From the NCBI GenBank assembly GCA_049968235.1, contig JBMFRC010000010.1, positions 39,468 to 103,467 of the forward strand: a DNA stretch of 64,000 nt, given 5' to 3'. A model generated the notes under the pieces. It ran no database searches. It saw only the letters and a list, made by a program, of their open reading frames with translations, and was not told the origin of the DNA. Positions 1-10,166 of this stretch are shown one piece after another. The position numbers and the translations under genes are program-made. The first letter of the stretch is position 1. Each line of letters starts with the position of its first letter. This DNA is from Candidatus Hydrogenedens sp. (GTDB taxonomy: Bacteria; Hydrogenedentota; Hydrogenedentia; Hydrogenedentales; Hydrogenedentaceae).

Positions 1-88
1 TGATATGGTAATAATTGTAGCAGGCTATCCTTTGTCAGTTGCATGTCCTACAAATCTTATAAAGGTGCATGTTATTTAATGGGACTTT

Positions 89-832
89 ATGAATAGACAG
101 GAATGGTATATATCTGCCTTTGAAGAATGGTATCCAATTATTTACCAACATAGAGATGCAAAAGAAGCCCGGAAACAGGTCACGTTTGCGTATTCAGAAT
201 TAAATTTGCATTATAACAGCAAAACTCTGGATTTATGCTGTGGTTATGGTAGGCATTTAGTTTTTTTGTCTGAGAAAATATCATTTGTAGTGGGTTATGA
301 CTTATCATTATACTTGCTAAAAACAGCACAGCGTCTTTTACCCAATAAAATATCTCTTGTAAGAGGGGATGTGCGATATTTACCTTTTTCTCCTAAAAGT
401 TTTGATGCTGTTTTGAACTTTTTCACAAGTTTTGGCTATTTTGAGGAAGATAGAGAAAATGTTCGTCAGATAGAACAGGTTTCGTTTGTTTTGAAGAATA
501 AAGGGAAATTCTTATTTGATTATCTAAATTCGATACAGGTACAAAAAATAAAAAATGTCATAACAGAGAAAACATATAAGACGTATATAATAAAAGAAAA
601 TCGTTGTTATGATGAAAGTAAAAAAGAACTTAGAAAAGATGTTTCTATTTATTTAAATAATCAACTAAAAAAATTTTATACTGAAAGAGTCAGGGTATAT
701 AGCCTTGAAGAAATATTAAAAATGTTCTCATCTCAAAATTTATGCATTCAAAAAATATATGGCAATTACAATAAGGAACCATATACGGAAGAAAGTCCAA
801 GACTTATAATTGTCGGGGAGAAAAATGAATAA
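89..832 (+). CDS. class I SAM-dependent methyltransferase
   Basis: Motif I LDLCCGYGRH (GxGxG SAM-binding loop); size and layout typical of type-11 methyltransferases; stop overlaps the bshC start. Confidence 0.65.
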   Translation: MNRQEWYISAFEEWYPIIYQHRDAKEARKQVTFAYSELNLHYNSKTLDLCCGYGRHLVFLSEKISFVVGYDLSLYLLKTAQRLLPNKISLVRGDVRYLPFSPKSFDAVLNFFTSFGYFEEDRENVRQIEQVSFVLKNKGKFLFDYLNSIQVQKIKNVITEKTYKTYIIKENRCYDESKKELRKDVSIYLNNQLKKFYTERVRVYSLEEILKMFSSQNLCIQKIYGNYNKEPYTEESPRLIIVGEKNE

Positions 833-2342
833 TCTGTTTCAGGATTTTTTACTATCCAAAAATGAGTTAAGAGAGTTTTTTCCATGGCTACCTGTTGACG
901 GAATAAAAAAAATAAATGATTATATCAATAATAACTACAAGTTTATAGAAAAAAAACATATCGCATCACCTGTGATAATAACGGGACAACAACCTGCTGT
1001 CTTTGGTGGACCTCTATATACTATTTATAAAATAATTACAGTTATTCAATTATCCTCATTGCTACATAATAATTATGGAATTAAAACTCAACCGATTTTC
1101 TGGGTTCATTCGTGGGACCACGACTGGGAAGAAGTCTGTTATACGAATTTTCTTACTTATAACTATGAAATATACCCGTTTAGGTTTAATCCTGATAATA
1201 ATGAAAAGGGAAAACCTTTATATAAACTAAAATTGGACAAAGATTTTATAGAAGCACAAATACCTGAAATTTTCAAGAATGTTAAAGGTTCTGAATTTGC
1301 TTCTCGATGGCAGGATTTTCTTCTAAATTCAATATCTTCGTGTGACACTCTTTCGGATTGGTCTGTAAATATTCTAAAACAAATATTCAAAGATGAAAAC
1401 CTTTGTTGGTTTGAACCCCATAATGCAAAGGATTTTAAAATTTTACAGCAGGTCATGGAAATATCTATTGATAATCATTCCTTATTATTTGAACATTTTA
1501 ATAAAACAACAAGTCTTTTAAAAGAAACAGGTTATAAACCTCAGGTGCATAAATTACCTGACAATGCGTTCTTTTTCCTTGAAGAAAATAATTATAGGAG
1601 TAGACTTAAATTCCACGATGGCGTTTTTTATTCTGAAATATCAAAAAGAAAATATGCTGTTTCTGAGATAAAACGTATATTACATTATGAACCGGAACGC
1701 TTCTCCCCTAATCTTTTATTAAGGTGTATTTATCAACAGATGATTTTTCCCGTAGTAGTTTATGTTGGGGGACCTGCAGAAGTTGCTTATTGGGCTCAGT
1801 TAAAAGATTTATTTTTATTTTTTAACTTGCCTATGCCGATTGTATATCCTCGCAAGAGGTTAATATTATTACCTTCTAAAATAAAAAAATGGCTTTCAGA
1901 ATTAAACATAAATGTATATAATTTACCTCAAATATACGATAATATAAAAGATAATAAATCTTTTGTTATATCAGATAGTCTAAATAGTGAGATAGAAAAA
2001 ACTAAAATAAAGTTTATAGATAATGCGATGTCATTCTTTGATAATTTAATTACGATATTTAATGATAAATCTTTAGATAATTACCGCAAAACATATTTAT
2101 CAAAAATGGAATTTGAGGCACAACGATTGATTGATAATTTCACCAAATTACAGAGAAATAAAAATGAGATATTTCAGAAGCATCTTACTCATATATTGAA
2201 TACAATTTATCCAAATAGTTTAGAACAGGAACGGTTTTTTTCGCCCTTTTCTTTTATCCCGGAATATAGCCATGATTTTATTAAAATGATAATGAATAAA
2301 ACAGATGTTATAGATTTTGATATAGGGATTGTAGAGATATGA
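826..2342 (+). CDS. bshC: bacillithiol biosynthesis cysteine-adding enzyme BshC
   Basis: Recalled BshC/YllA signature blocks match: TGQQPAVFGGPLYTIYKI, IFWVHSWDHD, and PERFSPN...GGPAEVAYWAQLK. ATG at 826 sits after GGGGAG; the ORF track starts at TTG 810. Followed directly by bshB and bshA. Confidence 0.8.
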
Positions 2343-3046
2343 ATGATATAGATATTTTAGCATTCGGAGCCCACCCGGACGATGTTGAATTGGGGATTGG
2401 AGGAATTTTAGCAAAATGTGTCCAGAATGGTTTAAAAGTGGGTATTATTGATTTAACACGGGGAGAAATGAGTTCTCGTGGAACAGTTGAAGAAAGAAGA
2501 TTAGAGGCAGAAGAAGCAGGAAAAATAATTGGAATATCTTTAAGAGATAATCTTTATCTAAAAGATTCAGAGGTTCAGAATGTTCCTGAACAAAGATTGC
2601 CTGTTATTTCTACTATCAGGAAATATCGTCCCAAAATTATTTTTGCTACTATGAATGAAGATAAACATCCTGACCATCACAATGCCCATTTTTTAATAAA
2701 AGAATCTAATTATTTTTCAGGCTTATTCAAAATCAAAACAGAATACGAACCTTATCGTTGTCCAACATTACTTTTTTACTACCCCTATTATGAAGTCCGG
2801 TCTCCTAATTTTATTGTTGATATTTCAGAGTATTATGATAGGAAAATAAATGCTTTAAAAGCACATCGCTCACAATTTTTTAATCCTGGATATTCAGGAA
2901 ATAAAACTTTTATTTCTTCCGAGAGATTCTGGCATAGTATTCGGGACCGATGTGCGTATTGGGGAAGTAGAATTAATGTGTCTTATGCTGAAACGATTTT
3001 TAGTATAGAACCTGTAAATTTATCATCACTTAAAATAATTATTTGA
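2339..3046 (+). CDS. bshB: bacillithiol biosynthesis deacetylase BshB1 (PIG-L/LmbE family)
   Basis: N-terminal AFGAHPDDVELGIGG is the PIG-L/LmbE zinc-site signature; ~235 aa, matching BshB1 size; ATGA overlap with bshC. Confidence 0.8.
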   Translation: MNDIDILAFGAHPDDVELGIGGILAKCVQNGLKVGIIDLTRGEMSSRGTVEERRLEAEEAGKIIGISLRDNLYLKDSEVQNVPEQRLPVISTIRKYRPKIIFATMNEDKHPDHHNAHFLIKESNYFSGLFKIKTEYEPYRCPTLLFYYPYYEVRSPNFIVDISEYYDRKINALKAHRSQFFNPGYSGNKTFISSERFWHSIRDRCAYWGSRINVSYAETIFSIEPVNLSSLKIII

Positions 3047-3047
3047 C

Positions 3048-4196
3048 ATGAAAGATATAAAAGAAAAATTAAAGATTGGTATTAGTTGTCATACCTCTAC
3101 AGGAGGTAGTGGGATTGTAGCAACGGAACTGGGTTTAGCACTTTCTTCACGAGGACATGAAGTTCATTTTGTAGCAGATAACATTCCGTTCCGATTGAGG
3201 GATAATATTGAGAATGTTTTTTGTCATATTGTCGAACCTGTAAATTATCCTGTATTAAATCAGCCTCCTTATTATCTGGCTATGGCATCACGAATTGCAG
3301 AAGTCGTAGAAGAACATAATATCCAGATATGGCATGCTCATTACGCAATACCTCATGCAAGTATTGCCTTACTTGCAAAAGAAATGTTACCGCCAGAGTT
3401 AAAATTCTGCCTTATAACTACTCTTCATGGCACAGATATAACGATTGTAGGAGCAGACCCGTCATTGTATCGAATAACAAAATATGCAATGGAACATAGC
3501 TGTGCAATAACTGCGGTATCTAATTGGTTAAAATATGAAACGGAGCGGGAATTTCAATTATCTAAACCTGTTCATACAATACACAACTTTATAGACCCTT
3601 CCCGTTTTCATACAAAAAATAAGGTGCGTATTCCTTTTATGGAGAAAAATAAAAAAGTAGTTATGCATATTTCTAATTTCAGAGCGGTCAAAAGAGTCAC
3701 CGATGTAATTCGTGTTTTTAAAAAGATTTCCGATAAGATGGATGCTCAACTAATCATGGTTGGGGAAGGACCCGAAAAAGTCTCTTCCGTTGGGGTTGCA
3801 AGGCAATTAGGTATATTAAATAAGGTAAAATATATAGGTAATTATCATAATATTGAGGAACTTTTACCTCATGCTGATTTAGTATTACAACCCAGTGAGC
3901 ATGAAAGTTTCGGAATGGTGGCATTAGAAGCCATGGCATCGGGTGTTCCTGTTATCGCTACCAAAAGTGGTGGGATACAGGAATTAATTATTGATGGAGA
4001 AACAGGTTTTTTGTGTGAAGTAGGAGATATAGGAACTATGGCTGATTGGGCTATTCAAATTCTATTTGATAAAAAATTAAAGACAGAGATTGGAAAAAAG
4101 AGTAAAGAGAGAGTAAAAAAATATTTTAGTGTTGATAAAATAATACCTCAGTATGAAAAGTTATATATAGACACAATAAATAAATACAAAAGATAA
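3048..4196 (+). CDS. bshA: N-acetyl-alpha-D-glucosaminyl L-malate synthase BshA (GT4)
   Basis: N-terminus KIGISCHTSTGGSGIVATELGLALSSRGHEVHFV closely resembles B. subtilis BshA; C-terminal GT4 EX7E-region (ESFGMVALEAMASGVPVIAT). Confidence 0.85.
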   Translation: MKDIKEKLKIGISCHTSTGGSGIVATELGLALSSRGHEVHFVADNIPFRLRDNIENVFCHIVEPVNYPVLNQPPYYLAMASRIAEVVEEHNIQIWHAHYAIPHASIALLAKEMLPPELKFCLITTLHGTDITIVGADPSLYRITKYAMEHSCAITAVSNWLKYETEREFQLSKPVHTIHNFIDPSRFHTKNKVRIPFMEKNKKVVMHISNFRAVKRVTDVIRVFKKISDKMDAQLIMVGEGPEKVSSVGVARQLGILNKVKYIGNYHNIEELLPHADLVLQPSEHESFGMVALEAMASGVPVIATKSGGIQELIIDGETGFLCEVGDIGTMADWAIQILFDKKLKTEIGKKSKERVKKYFSVDKIIPQYEKLYIDTINKYKR

Positions 4197-4200
4197 TACT

Positions 4201-5112
4201 ATGGGAAACAAAAACATCATAAAAATTGGTATCTTTTACGACGGTAATTTCTTTTTTCATGTCAGCACCTATTATAGATATGTTCATCCACCGCGTAAGA
4301 GAATTTCTATTGATGGACTGCATGAGTTTATTCGCAATAGGGTTGCGGAATTTGAAAATACAGATAAGCGATATGTCCATATAGTAACTTCTCACTTTTT
4401 TAGAGGCAGATTATCGGCTAAAGATGCGGAACTCGAAGGTAAATTGTATTCTGAACGTGTTTTTGAAGATATATTAATGAGTGAAGGTGTTGTTACACAT
4501 TATCTGCCTATAAAGACAAGAAGTGAGAAACGGCATGAAACGGGAATTGATGTATGGTTTGCATTAGAAGCCTATGAAGCGGTTGTGCATAAAGAATTGG
4601 ATATAGTTGTGTTAATCACGGGAGATGCTGATTTTATTCCTTTGGTAAAAAAAGCACAGTCAGCAGGGGCAAAAGTTATGATTTTAGGATGGGATTTTAA
4701 ATATACCGATGAAACAGGGATTGAACAGTCTACATTAACATCAATGGAACTTTTGAATGTCTCCACCTATCCTCTAAAAATGCATTTAATAATTGAGGAA
4801 GGATTGCAAAAAGATGCTCCTGAAATCCTAAGTCTATTTTTTGAACTAAAAGAAGAGACACAGAATAACCATGTGAAATCCTATATGAAAGGAAAAATTC
4901 ACTCGTTGAAAGAAGGATATGGATTTATATCATCCCCTGAATTTCCCAATAATGTTTTCTTCCATTATTCTGCTTTATCCAATCATAATTATCAAGATTT
5001 AAGCATCGGTCAGAATGTGGAATTTCTTATCCGGGAAACAGAAAAAGGAATCGTAGCACATCCTGTTATTGTAATTGATAATCCCTATAACGAGAATAAT
5101 TCAATGAAGTAA
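4201..5112 (+). CDS. NYN/LabA-like domain protein fused to a C-terminal cold-shock (CSD) domain
   Basis: N-terminal NYN/LabA motifs (IGIFYDGNF, LITGDADFIPLV); C-terminal KGKIHSLKEGYGFISS...GQNVEF is a CspA-type OB fold. Confidence 0.6.
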   Translation: MGNKNIIKIGIFYDGNFFFHVSTYYRYVHPPRKRISIDGLHEFIRNRVAEFENTDKRYVHIVTSHFFRGRLSAKDAELEGKLYSERVFEDILMSEGVVTHYLPIKTRSEKRHETGIDVWFALEAYEAVVHKELDIVVLITGDADFIPLVKKAQSAGAKVMILGWDFKYTDETGIEQSTLTSMELLNVSTYPLKMHLIIEEGLQKDAPEILSLFFELKEETQNNHVKSYMKGKIHSLKEGYGFISSPEFPNNVFFHYSALSNHNYQDLSIGQNVEFLIRETEKGIVAHPVIVIDNPYNENNSMK

Positions 5113-5114
5113 TT

Positions 5115-6182
5115 TTATTTTTCTTTTTCAAGTTCATCCTGCCAGGGAAGTTCTTCTATTTTCTCTATTTGTGTCCCTTTTACAGGATGCCATCTTTTGT
5201 TGTTGGGAGTAACCGATACCCATTCATACTCACCTGTGCCCGGATATAATGAATACAGTTTTCCACCTTTTGGCACATAATCAGAGCCATACCCACCTTT
5301 TCCTGTTGCTCTTCCGTAAATTAAATCTACCCCCTCAATGATGCCTGAATAATCATTTACATGGTCGTGTCCGCAAATACATGCTTTTAGTCCCGGGATT
5401 TTCTTTATAAATGCTAACGATTCACCTTGTTCTTTTTCGTAACATACATTTTCAAATTTAACACCTGATGCTATTTTATTTTCCCATATAGTATGGTATT
5501 GATATATAGGGATATGACAAGCCATAAATGTTGGAATAACATTTATATTTTCTTTGCACCATTGGTCAATCCATTGTCTTTGTTCATTCATTAATCCATA
5601 TTTGTTGCTATTTAAGCAGACAAATCTCCACAATTTTTGATTGGATTCGTTTTCAATTATCACTTGGTAATTGCCTTCATTTATTCCACCTCGATACATA
5701 GAGTTTTTAGCGGAGGCTAATATATCATGTCCTTTGCTGTAATCTGATAACATATCATGATTGCCCCATGTATAAAACCAGGAAATGTTCAAAGAACCAA
5801 AAAATTCTACTGCTTCCTCTAAATACATTAAACCTCTTCCAAAAGCATTTTCATTCCAGACATCGCCAGTTATTGCTAATAGATGGGGTTGTGTAAGGTC
5901 TAATAATTTCTTAATAATATCTCGAGTTGTATTATCCACATTCTTATCTCTACGATAAGGATTAAAATGTATGTCTGTTATTTGTAATAATTGTATCGAT
6001 TTTGGATTCCCCTGTATTTTCAATGTGTAAGAATCTTCTTTAACAGTTTCTGATTTTTGCATTCCAACGAGGATTTTCAGCTCTTTTTTCTTAGCCCATA
6101 CTCTTTTCATATTTAAGACTGTAAATGTTCCAACTAAACTGGAAGCAATAAAAAATCTTCGTGTAATTTTTTCATTCTTCAT
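5115..6182 (-). CDS. secreted calcineurin-like metallophosphoesterase
   Basis: GDVWNE, GNHD and GHDH metallophosphatase motifs; N-terminal signal peptide, with RRFFIAS possibly Tat-type. Confidence 0.65.
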   Translation of the reverse strand: MKNEKITRRFFIASSLVGTFTVLNMKRVWAKKKELKILVGMQKSETVKEDSYTLKIQGNPKSIQLLQITDIHFNPYRRDKNVDNTTRDIIKKLLDLTQPHLLAITGDVWNENAFGRGLMYLEEAVEFFGSLNISWFYTWGNHDMLSDYSKGHDILASAKNSMYRGGINEGNYQVIIENESNQKLWRFVCLNSNKYGLMNEQRQWIDQWCKENINVIPTFMACHIPIYQYHTIWENKIASGVKFENVCYEKEQGESLAFIKKIPGLKACICGHDHVNDYSGIIEGVDLIYGRATGKGGYGSDYVPKGGKLYSLYPGTGEYEWVSVTPNNKRWHPVKGTQIEKIEELPWQDELEKEK

Positions 6183-6255
6183 ATTAGTCTCCTTCTATTG
6201 TTTTTGTTTTTTTATAATATATGAAAATCTACCAAGAATAAAACCGGATATTTAT

Positions 6256-7113
6256 ATGAAACAAATTTTTTTACCTATAAATTCTTTAATAAGACTATCT
6301 ATATATGATTTTGGTGTTAAAGGACCACCTATAATTTTTTGCCATTTTACAGGCGGGCTGGGAAAATTATGGAAAAATGTTATTACCCCTTTAAGAAATA
6401 ATTATCATTGTTTTGCCTTCGATGCGAGGGGGCATGGGGATTCTTCCAAACCTTTAGAAATGAAATATTATGACTGGAATGAGCATCTCTCTGATTTAAT
6501 TGCTGTGGTTAAATATATAAAAAAATTATCAAATTCAGATTGTATATTTGGTGTTGGGCATTCATTCGGTTCTGCCTGTTTATCTCAGGCTGTTATTAAA
6601 ACTAAGAAATATATTTCATGGAAAAAAATTATCCTTATAGAACCTATTTTAGGTCCTGATACATTTGATTTTAGAAAATCTAAAATGTCTGAAATTGCAC
6701 AAAAAAGACGCGGATATTTTGAATCGGAAAAACAAATTGATACAATATTGCGGAATAAACAACCTTATAGGAATTGGGATATTGAGTCATGGAATATATT
6801 TAAAGAATGTGGCTTTACAACTAATGCGAGTGGAAAATATTATTTAAAGTGTACTCCTGAAATAGAATCCTATCAATATCTTTATGGTAATCCTTTGGGC
6901 TGGTTTGAACAATTAAAAAAAATAGATATTCCTGTTCTTTTAATTTATGGTAAAAATAGTGAGCTGTTACCTTTGGGTATCTACCAGTTAGAACAAATAA
7001 AAAATTCTTATTTAATGAAAATTCCGGAAGTCGGTCACTTTTTCCCACAAGAAAAACCTTCATTCCTTGCTAATATAATAAAAAATTGGTTTTCCTTTGA
7101 AAATAATTGTTGA
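6256..7113 (+). CDS. alpha/beta-fold hydrolase
   Basis: GHSFGS nucleophile elbow (GxSxG); overall length and pattern fit the alpha/beta hydrolase fold. Confidence 0.6.
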   Translation: MKQIFLPINSLIRLSIYDFGVKGPPIIFCHFTGGLGKLWKNVITPLRNNYHCFAFDARGHGDSSKPLEMKYYDWNEHLSDLIAVVKYIKKLSNSDCIFGVGHSFGSACLSQAVIKTKKYISWKKIILIEPILGPDTFDFRKSKMSEIAQKRRGYFESEKQIDTILRNKQPYRNWDIESWNIFKECGFTTNASGKYYLKCTPEIESYQYLYGNPLGWFEQLKKIDIPVLLIYGKNSELLPLGIYQLEQIKNSYLMKIPEVGHFFPQEKPSFLANIIKNWFSFENNC

Positions 7114-7167
7114 TATTAGTATTAATTTTGATATAATAACAAAAAAAAAACAATAAAGGGTAATGCT

Positions 7168-7734
7168 ATGCAAAAGTTAATTTATTTACAACCAAATATT
7201 TTTATTATTTTAATCCTTGTTTCTGTCTTCTCTCTCCGAGTTTTTTCTGATGAAACATGTGAGACAAAAAGTAGTGGTTTGAAAATAAGATTGGAATTGG
7301 GTTCATCTTTCAGGATTGCTCATGATAGTAATGATATTGATGGTTATTTAATTTCTTCTTTTGTTGATATCGGTAAAGAACTCTCCCCTCGAACAAATTT
7401 ATCTTTAAGACTATTACCTGTTTTCGGTTATATTCAGGAAAAAAATATGGAAGATATAATAGGGTTTGGAATTGGCGGTGCTTTAAGAATTTATTTTAAA
7501 AAGAATCAGGAAAAAGGATTTTTTACAGAGATACATGAAATTGTTTGTTTGCATGAAAACAAATTTGAAGGAAATGATTCTAATGTTAATTTCTATTCGG
7601 CAATCGGCATTGGTTATCAATTCTGCCCTAACTGGGATATGTTATTAAGATTTGGTCATATTTCGAATGCGGGGATAAAAGACGAAAATGAAGGAACAAA
7701 TCTTTTAGGTTTTGGCGTGGGATATACATTTTAG
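7168..7734 (+). CDS. PagL-like lipid A 3-O-deacylase / outer-membrane beta-barrel acyl hydrolase (tentative)
   Basis: Signal peptide; ~170-aa beta-barrel-like sequence ending in aromatic F; HISNAG matches the PagL His-x-Ser-Asn catalytic motif. Confidence 0.4.
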   Translation: MQKLIYLQPNIFIILILVSVFSLRVFSDETCETKSSGLKIRLELGSSFRIAHDSNDIDGYLISSFVDIGKELSPRTNLSLRLLPVFGYIQEKNMEDIIGFGIGGALRIYFKKNQEKGFFTEIHEIVCLHENKFEGNDSNVNFYSAIGIGYQFCPNWDMLLRFGHISNAGIKDENEGTNLLGFGVGYTF

Positions 7735-7735
7735 A

Positions 7736-8110
7736 TTAATCATGAGTACTTAAAGGCTGAAAGTTAGTTATAAATTCATTTATCATGTTTAAACTATGGG
7801 TATAGGGAAAAACTCCTGAGTAAATAATTCGTTTTTCTATGTTGATTTTATTTTTTTCATTTTCTATTAGGACATAGATGGGCAATTCATAAGGTATATG
7901 GGAAAAATATCTTATTTCAAAGACTTCATCATTGGATAATTTTTGTGATTCTTTATAATCTATAAATATGATGTCATAATTTTCATGGAATATCTGTTCT
8001 TTTGCGAAATCTATATTACTTAAATGAGTAATCTCATGCCCCAATGCTTCTAATTCACTAACAATGGGGGCAGCTAAAATGCTATCACTTATAATTAATA
8101 TTTTCAACAT
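7736..8110 (-). CDS. stand-alone degenerate receiver (REC)-like domain protein
   Basis: REC-like beta-alpha pattern (ILIISD, DIIFIDY) but lacks the conserved Thr/Lys; 124 aa. Confidence 0.35.
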   Translation of the reverse strand: MLKILIISDSILAAPIVSELEALGHEITHLSNIDFAKEQIFHENYDIIFIDYKESQKLSNDEVFEIRYFSHIPYELPIYVLIENEKNKINIEKRIIYSGVFPYTHSLNMINEFITNFQPLSTHD

Positions 8111-8234
8111 GTTTTTGAAATTTTCTTTTACTCTTATTATACATTAGAAAATTAAAAATATAACATTGTTGACAATTCATGAAATTAAAATATAAAATAT
8201 ATTTAATTAAATAATTGACATAAGGACTTTTAAC

Positions 8235-8963
8235 ATGAGTAGTAACAGAAAAAAGATAGTATTTGTGATTTTTATTCTTCTATTTGTTCCTATATATTTA
8301 TATGGACAACAAGACAAACCCGAAAATAATTCTAAAGCAGAGACACCTCCTTCGGCAACATTAGAAAAAGAAGAAGGAAACCAACCAGCACCCGAAAGTG
8401 AAATAGTTTTACCCGGCGATATTATTTATTTTAAATCAGGAAAAAAAATGAGCGGTATACAGGTACTTCGTGAACTTCCTGATAAAATTGAAGTTCAAGT
8501 AAGTGAAAATGCAGAACCGTTATTATTGCCAAGACGATTAATAAAATCTATTGAATACGACAATATAGACCCTCTAAAAAATAAGATACAAAAAGATATT
8601 TTATCTTCTCAAAAACAGGATGAAAATGTAATTCCGGGCGAAGAACTATCTAAAGAGTTTAATCAAAAAATGAGAACTCCTCTTTCGGATAGTGTTATAT
8701 CATATAAGGATGAGGGGTTGCTGAAAATTCTTGGTGAGTTGACGCAAAAAGTTGGAGTTACTCTTGAAATTGATGAGTCAATAAGGACTATACCCCCCGA
8801 AGAGAGAAAAAAGAGTTTTGATATACCAGCTGGAACATCACTTTATAAATTTTTACAAACAGATTTTTCAATGGCATGTCCTAATATCCAAATTACATAT
8901 AAATACGACAAAATATTTATTTCTTTGAAAAGTCCTGGAACAAATAGCAATAATTCTCAATAA
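8235..8963 (+). CDS. secreted hypothetical protein (possible STN/secretin-N-like C-terminal domain)
   Basis: Signal peptide, low-complexity acidic linker, C-terminal LLKILGELTQKVGVTLEIDESI segment. Confidence 0.35.
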   Translation: MSSNRKKIVFVIFILLFVPIYLYGQQDKPENNSKAETPPSATLEKEEGNQPAPESEIVLPGDIIYFKSGKKMSGIQVLRELPDKIEVQVSENAEPLLLPRRLIKSIEYDNIDPLKNKIQKDILSSQKQDENVIPGEELSKEFNQKMRTPLSDSVISYKDEGLLKILGELTQKVGVTLEIDESIRTIPPEERKKSFDIPAGTSLYKFLQTDFSMACPNIQITYKYDKIFISLKSPGTNSNNSQ

Positions 8964-8978
8964 ATTCTCTTCTAATAT

Positions 8979-10166
8979 TTATTTTCTTAATATTACTATG
9001 CTTTCGATATGTGGTGTGTGTGGAAACATATCAATACCTATCACTTTTTGAATTGTCCAACCATTTTGATTTAGTTCTTTCAAATCTCTACACATAGTTA
9101 CAGTTTCACAAGAAATATATACAATTTTATTTGATTCTGCTTTTGTTAAATAAGGAATTAATTTTTTTGCACCTGTTCGCGGAGGGTCAAGTAAAATTGT
9201 GTCCCATTTTTCATTCAATAAATATTTATACATTACCTTTTCATCCCCGATTACATATTTAAATGTTGAAAATTTATTTGCCATGTTTATAGCAATAGGG
9301 TCTATATCTATTCCAACGATATATTTTTCTTTGTCCAAATCTATTGTAAAGTTTCCGGTACCGCAATATAAATCCAATATTTTTTGGTCATTCTGGATAG
9401 TTTTTTGGACTTGATTTTTCAATATTTTGTTAAGTATAAGACTATTTTGAGAGAAACAACTATTTACGATAGGCATATTATCATATAGAAAGTAGTTTTT
9501 TGAAGTATTATTTATTATTATTTTATGGTAGTTATAATCATTTTCATTATTATTTTCACATATAATTGGTGGGTATAATATATATTCATTTGTTTCTGGA
9601 TTTATTGTTATACATATATCATTTTTTATATTTTTTTGTAATAACTTTCTTCTTACTGTTTCTATTGTCTTATTTGTTATTACACATTGTGATACATCGA
9701 CTATTTGTTTTGTATGGAACTTATAAAATCCTAAATTCTTCCCGTCGCCATGATATATAACTCTTGTTCTATAATGATATTGATTATTTTGGTCATAGAT
9801 TATTTCAACATTAACTTTTTCTCTTGTCAAGCTTCTTTCGATATTTTCTTTCAGCAATTGCTTTTTATACTCAATTTGTTTATGATAATCTAACATTCCC
9901 CACATACAGGCTCCGCAACTACCCATTTGGGGACACAACTTTGTTTTTCTATATGGGGAATCTTTTATTATTCTTTCTATTTCTGCCCATACTAAGTTTT
10001 TTTGTTTTAGAATTGGCTTTATCAATAAGGTATCACCGGGATATGCGAAAGGAATCAAGTGAACCAATCCTTCCAATCTTCCTAACCCATATCCCCCATT
10101 TACAACTTTTTCAATCTCTATTTCGAACAAATTATTTTTTGCCATTATTTTTGCTCTTGAACCCAT
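8979..10166 (-). CDS. 23S rRNA (uracil-5-)-methyltransferase RlmD/RumA family (TRAM + [4Fe-4S] + SAM MTase)
   Basis: TRAM-like N-terminus (GGYGLGRLEGLVHLIPFAYPGD), Cys cluster (CPQMGSCGAC), SAM motif DLYCGTGNF, C-terminal catalytic Cys region. Confidence 0.7.
   Translation of the reverse strand: MGSRAKIMAKNNLFEIEIEKVVNGGYGLGRLEGLVHLIPFAYPGDTLLIKPILKQKNLVWAEIERIIKDSPYRKTKLCPQMGSCGACMWGMLDYHKQIEYKKQLLKENIERSLTREKVNVEIIYDQNNQYHYRTRVIYHGDGKNLGFYKFHTKQIVDVSQCVITNKTIETVRRKLLQKNIKNDICITINPETNEYILYPPIICENNNENDYNYHKIIINNTSKNYFLYDNMPIVNSCFSQNSLILNKILKNQVQKTIQNDQKILDLYCGTGNFTIDLDKEKYIVGIDIDPIAINMANKFSTFKYVIGDEKVMYKYLLNEKWDTILLDPPRTGAKKLIPYLTKAESNKIVYISCETVTMCRDLKELNQNGWTIQKVIGIDMFPHTPHIESIVILRK

Noticed and set aside
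1163-1456. Short ORFs antisense to or nested within longer genes (e.g. 1163-1456, 3558-3939, 12540-12992, 19183-19769, 36184-36624, 56140-56643)
   Set aside because: They lie entirely inside well-supported genes on the opposite strand or in another frame, with no RBS and unusual composition.
7141-7150. A10 homopolymer after the alpha/beta hydrolase gene
   Set aside because: No adjacent stem-loop, so it is not a convincing intrinsic terminator. It is noted only as another homopolymer where assembly errors could occur.
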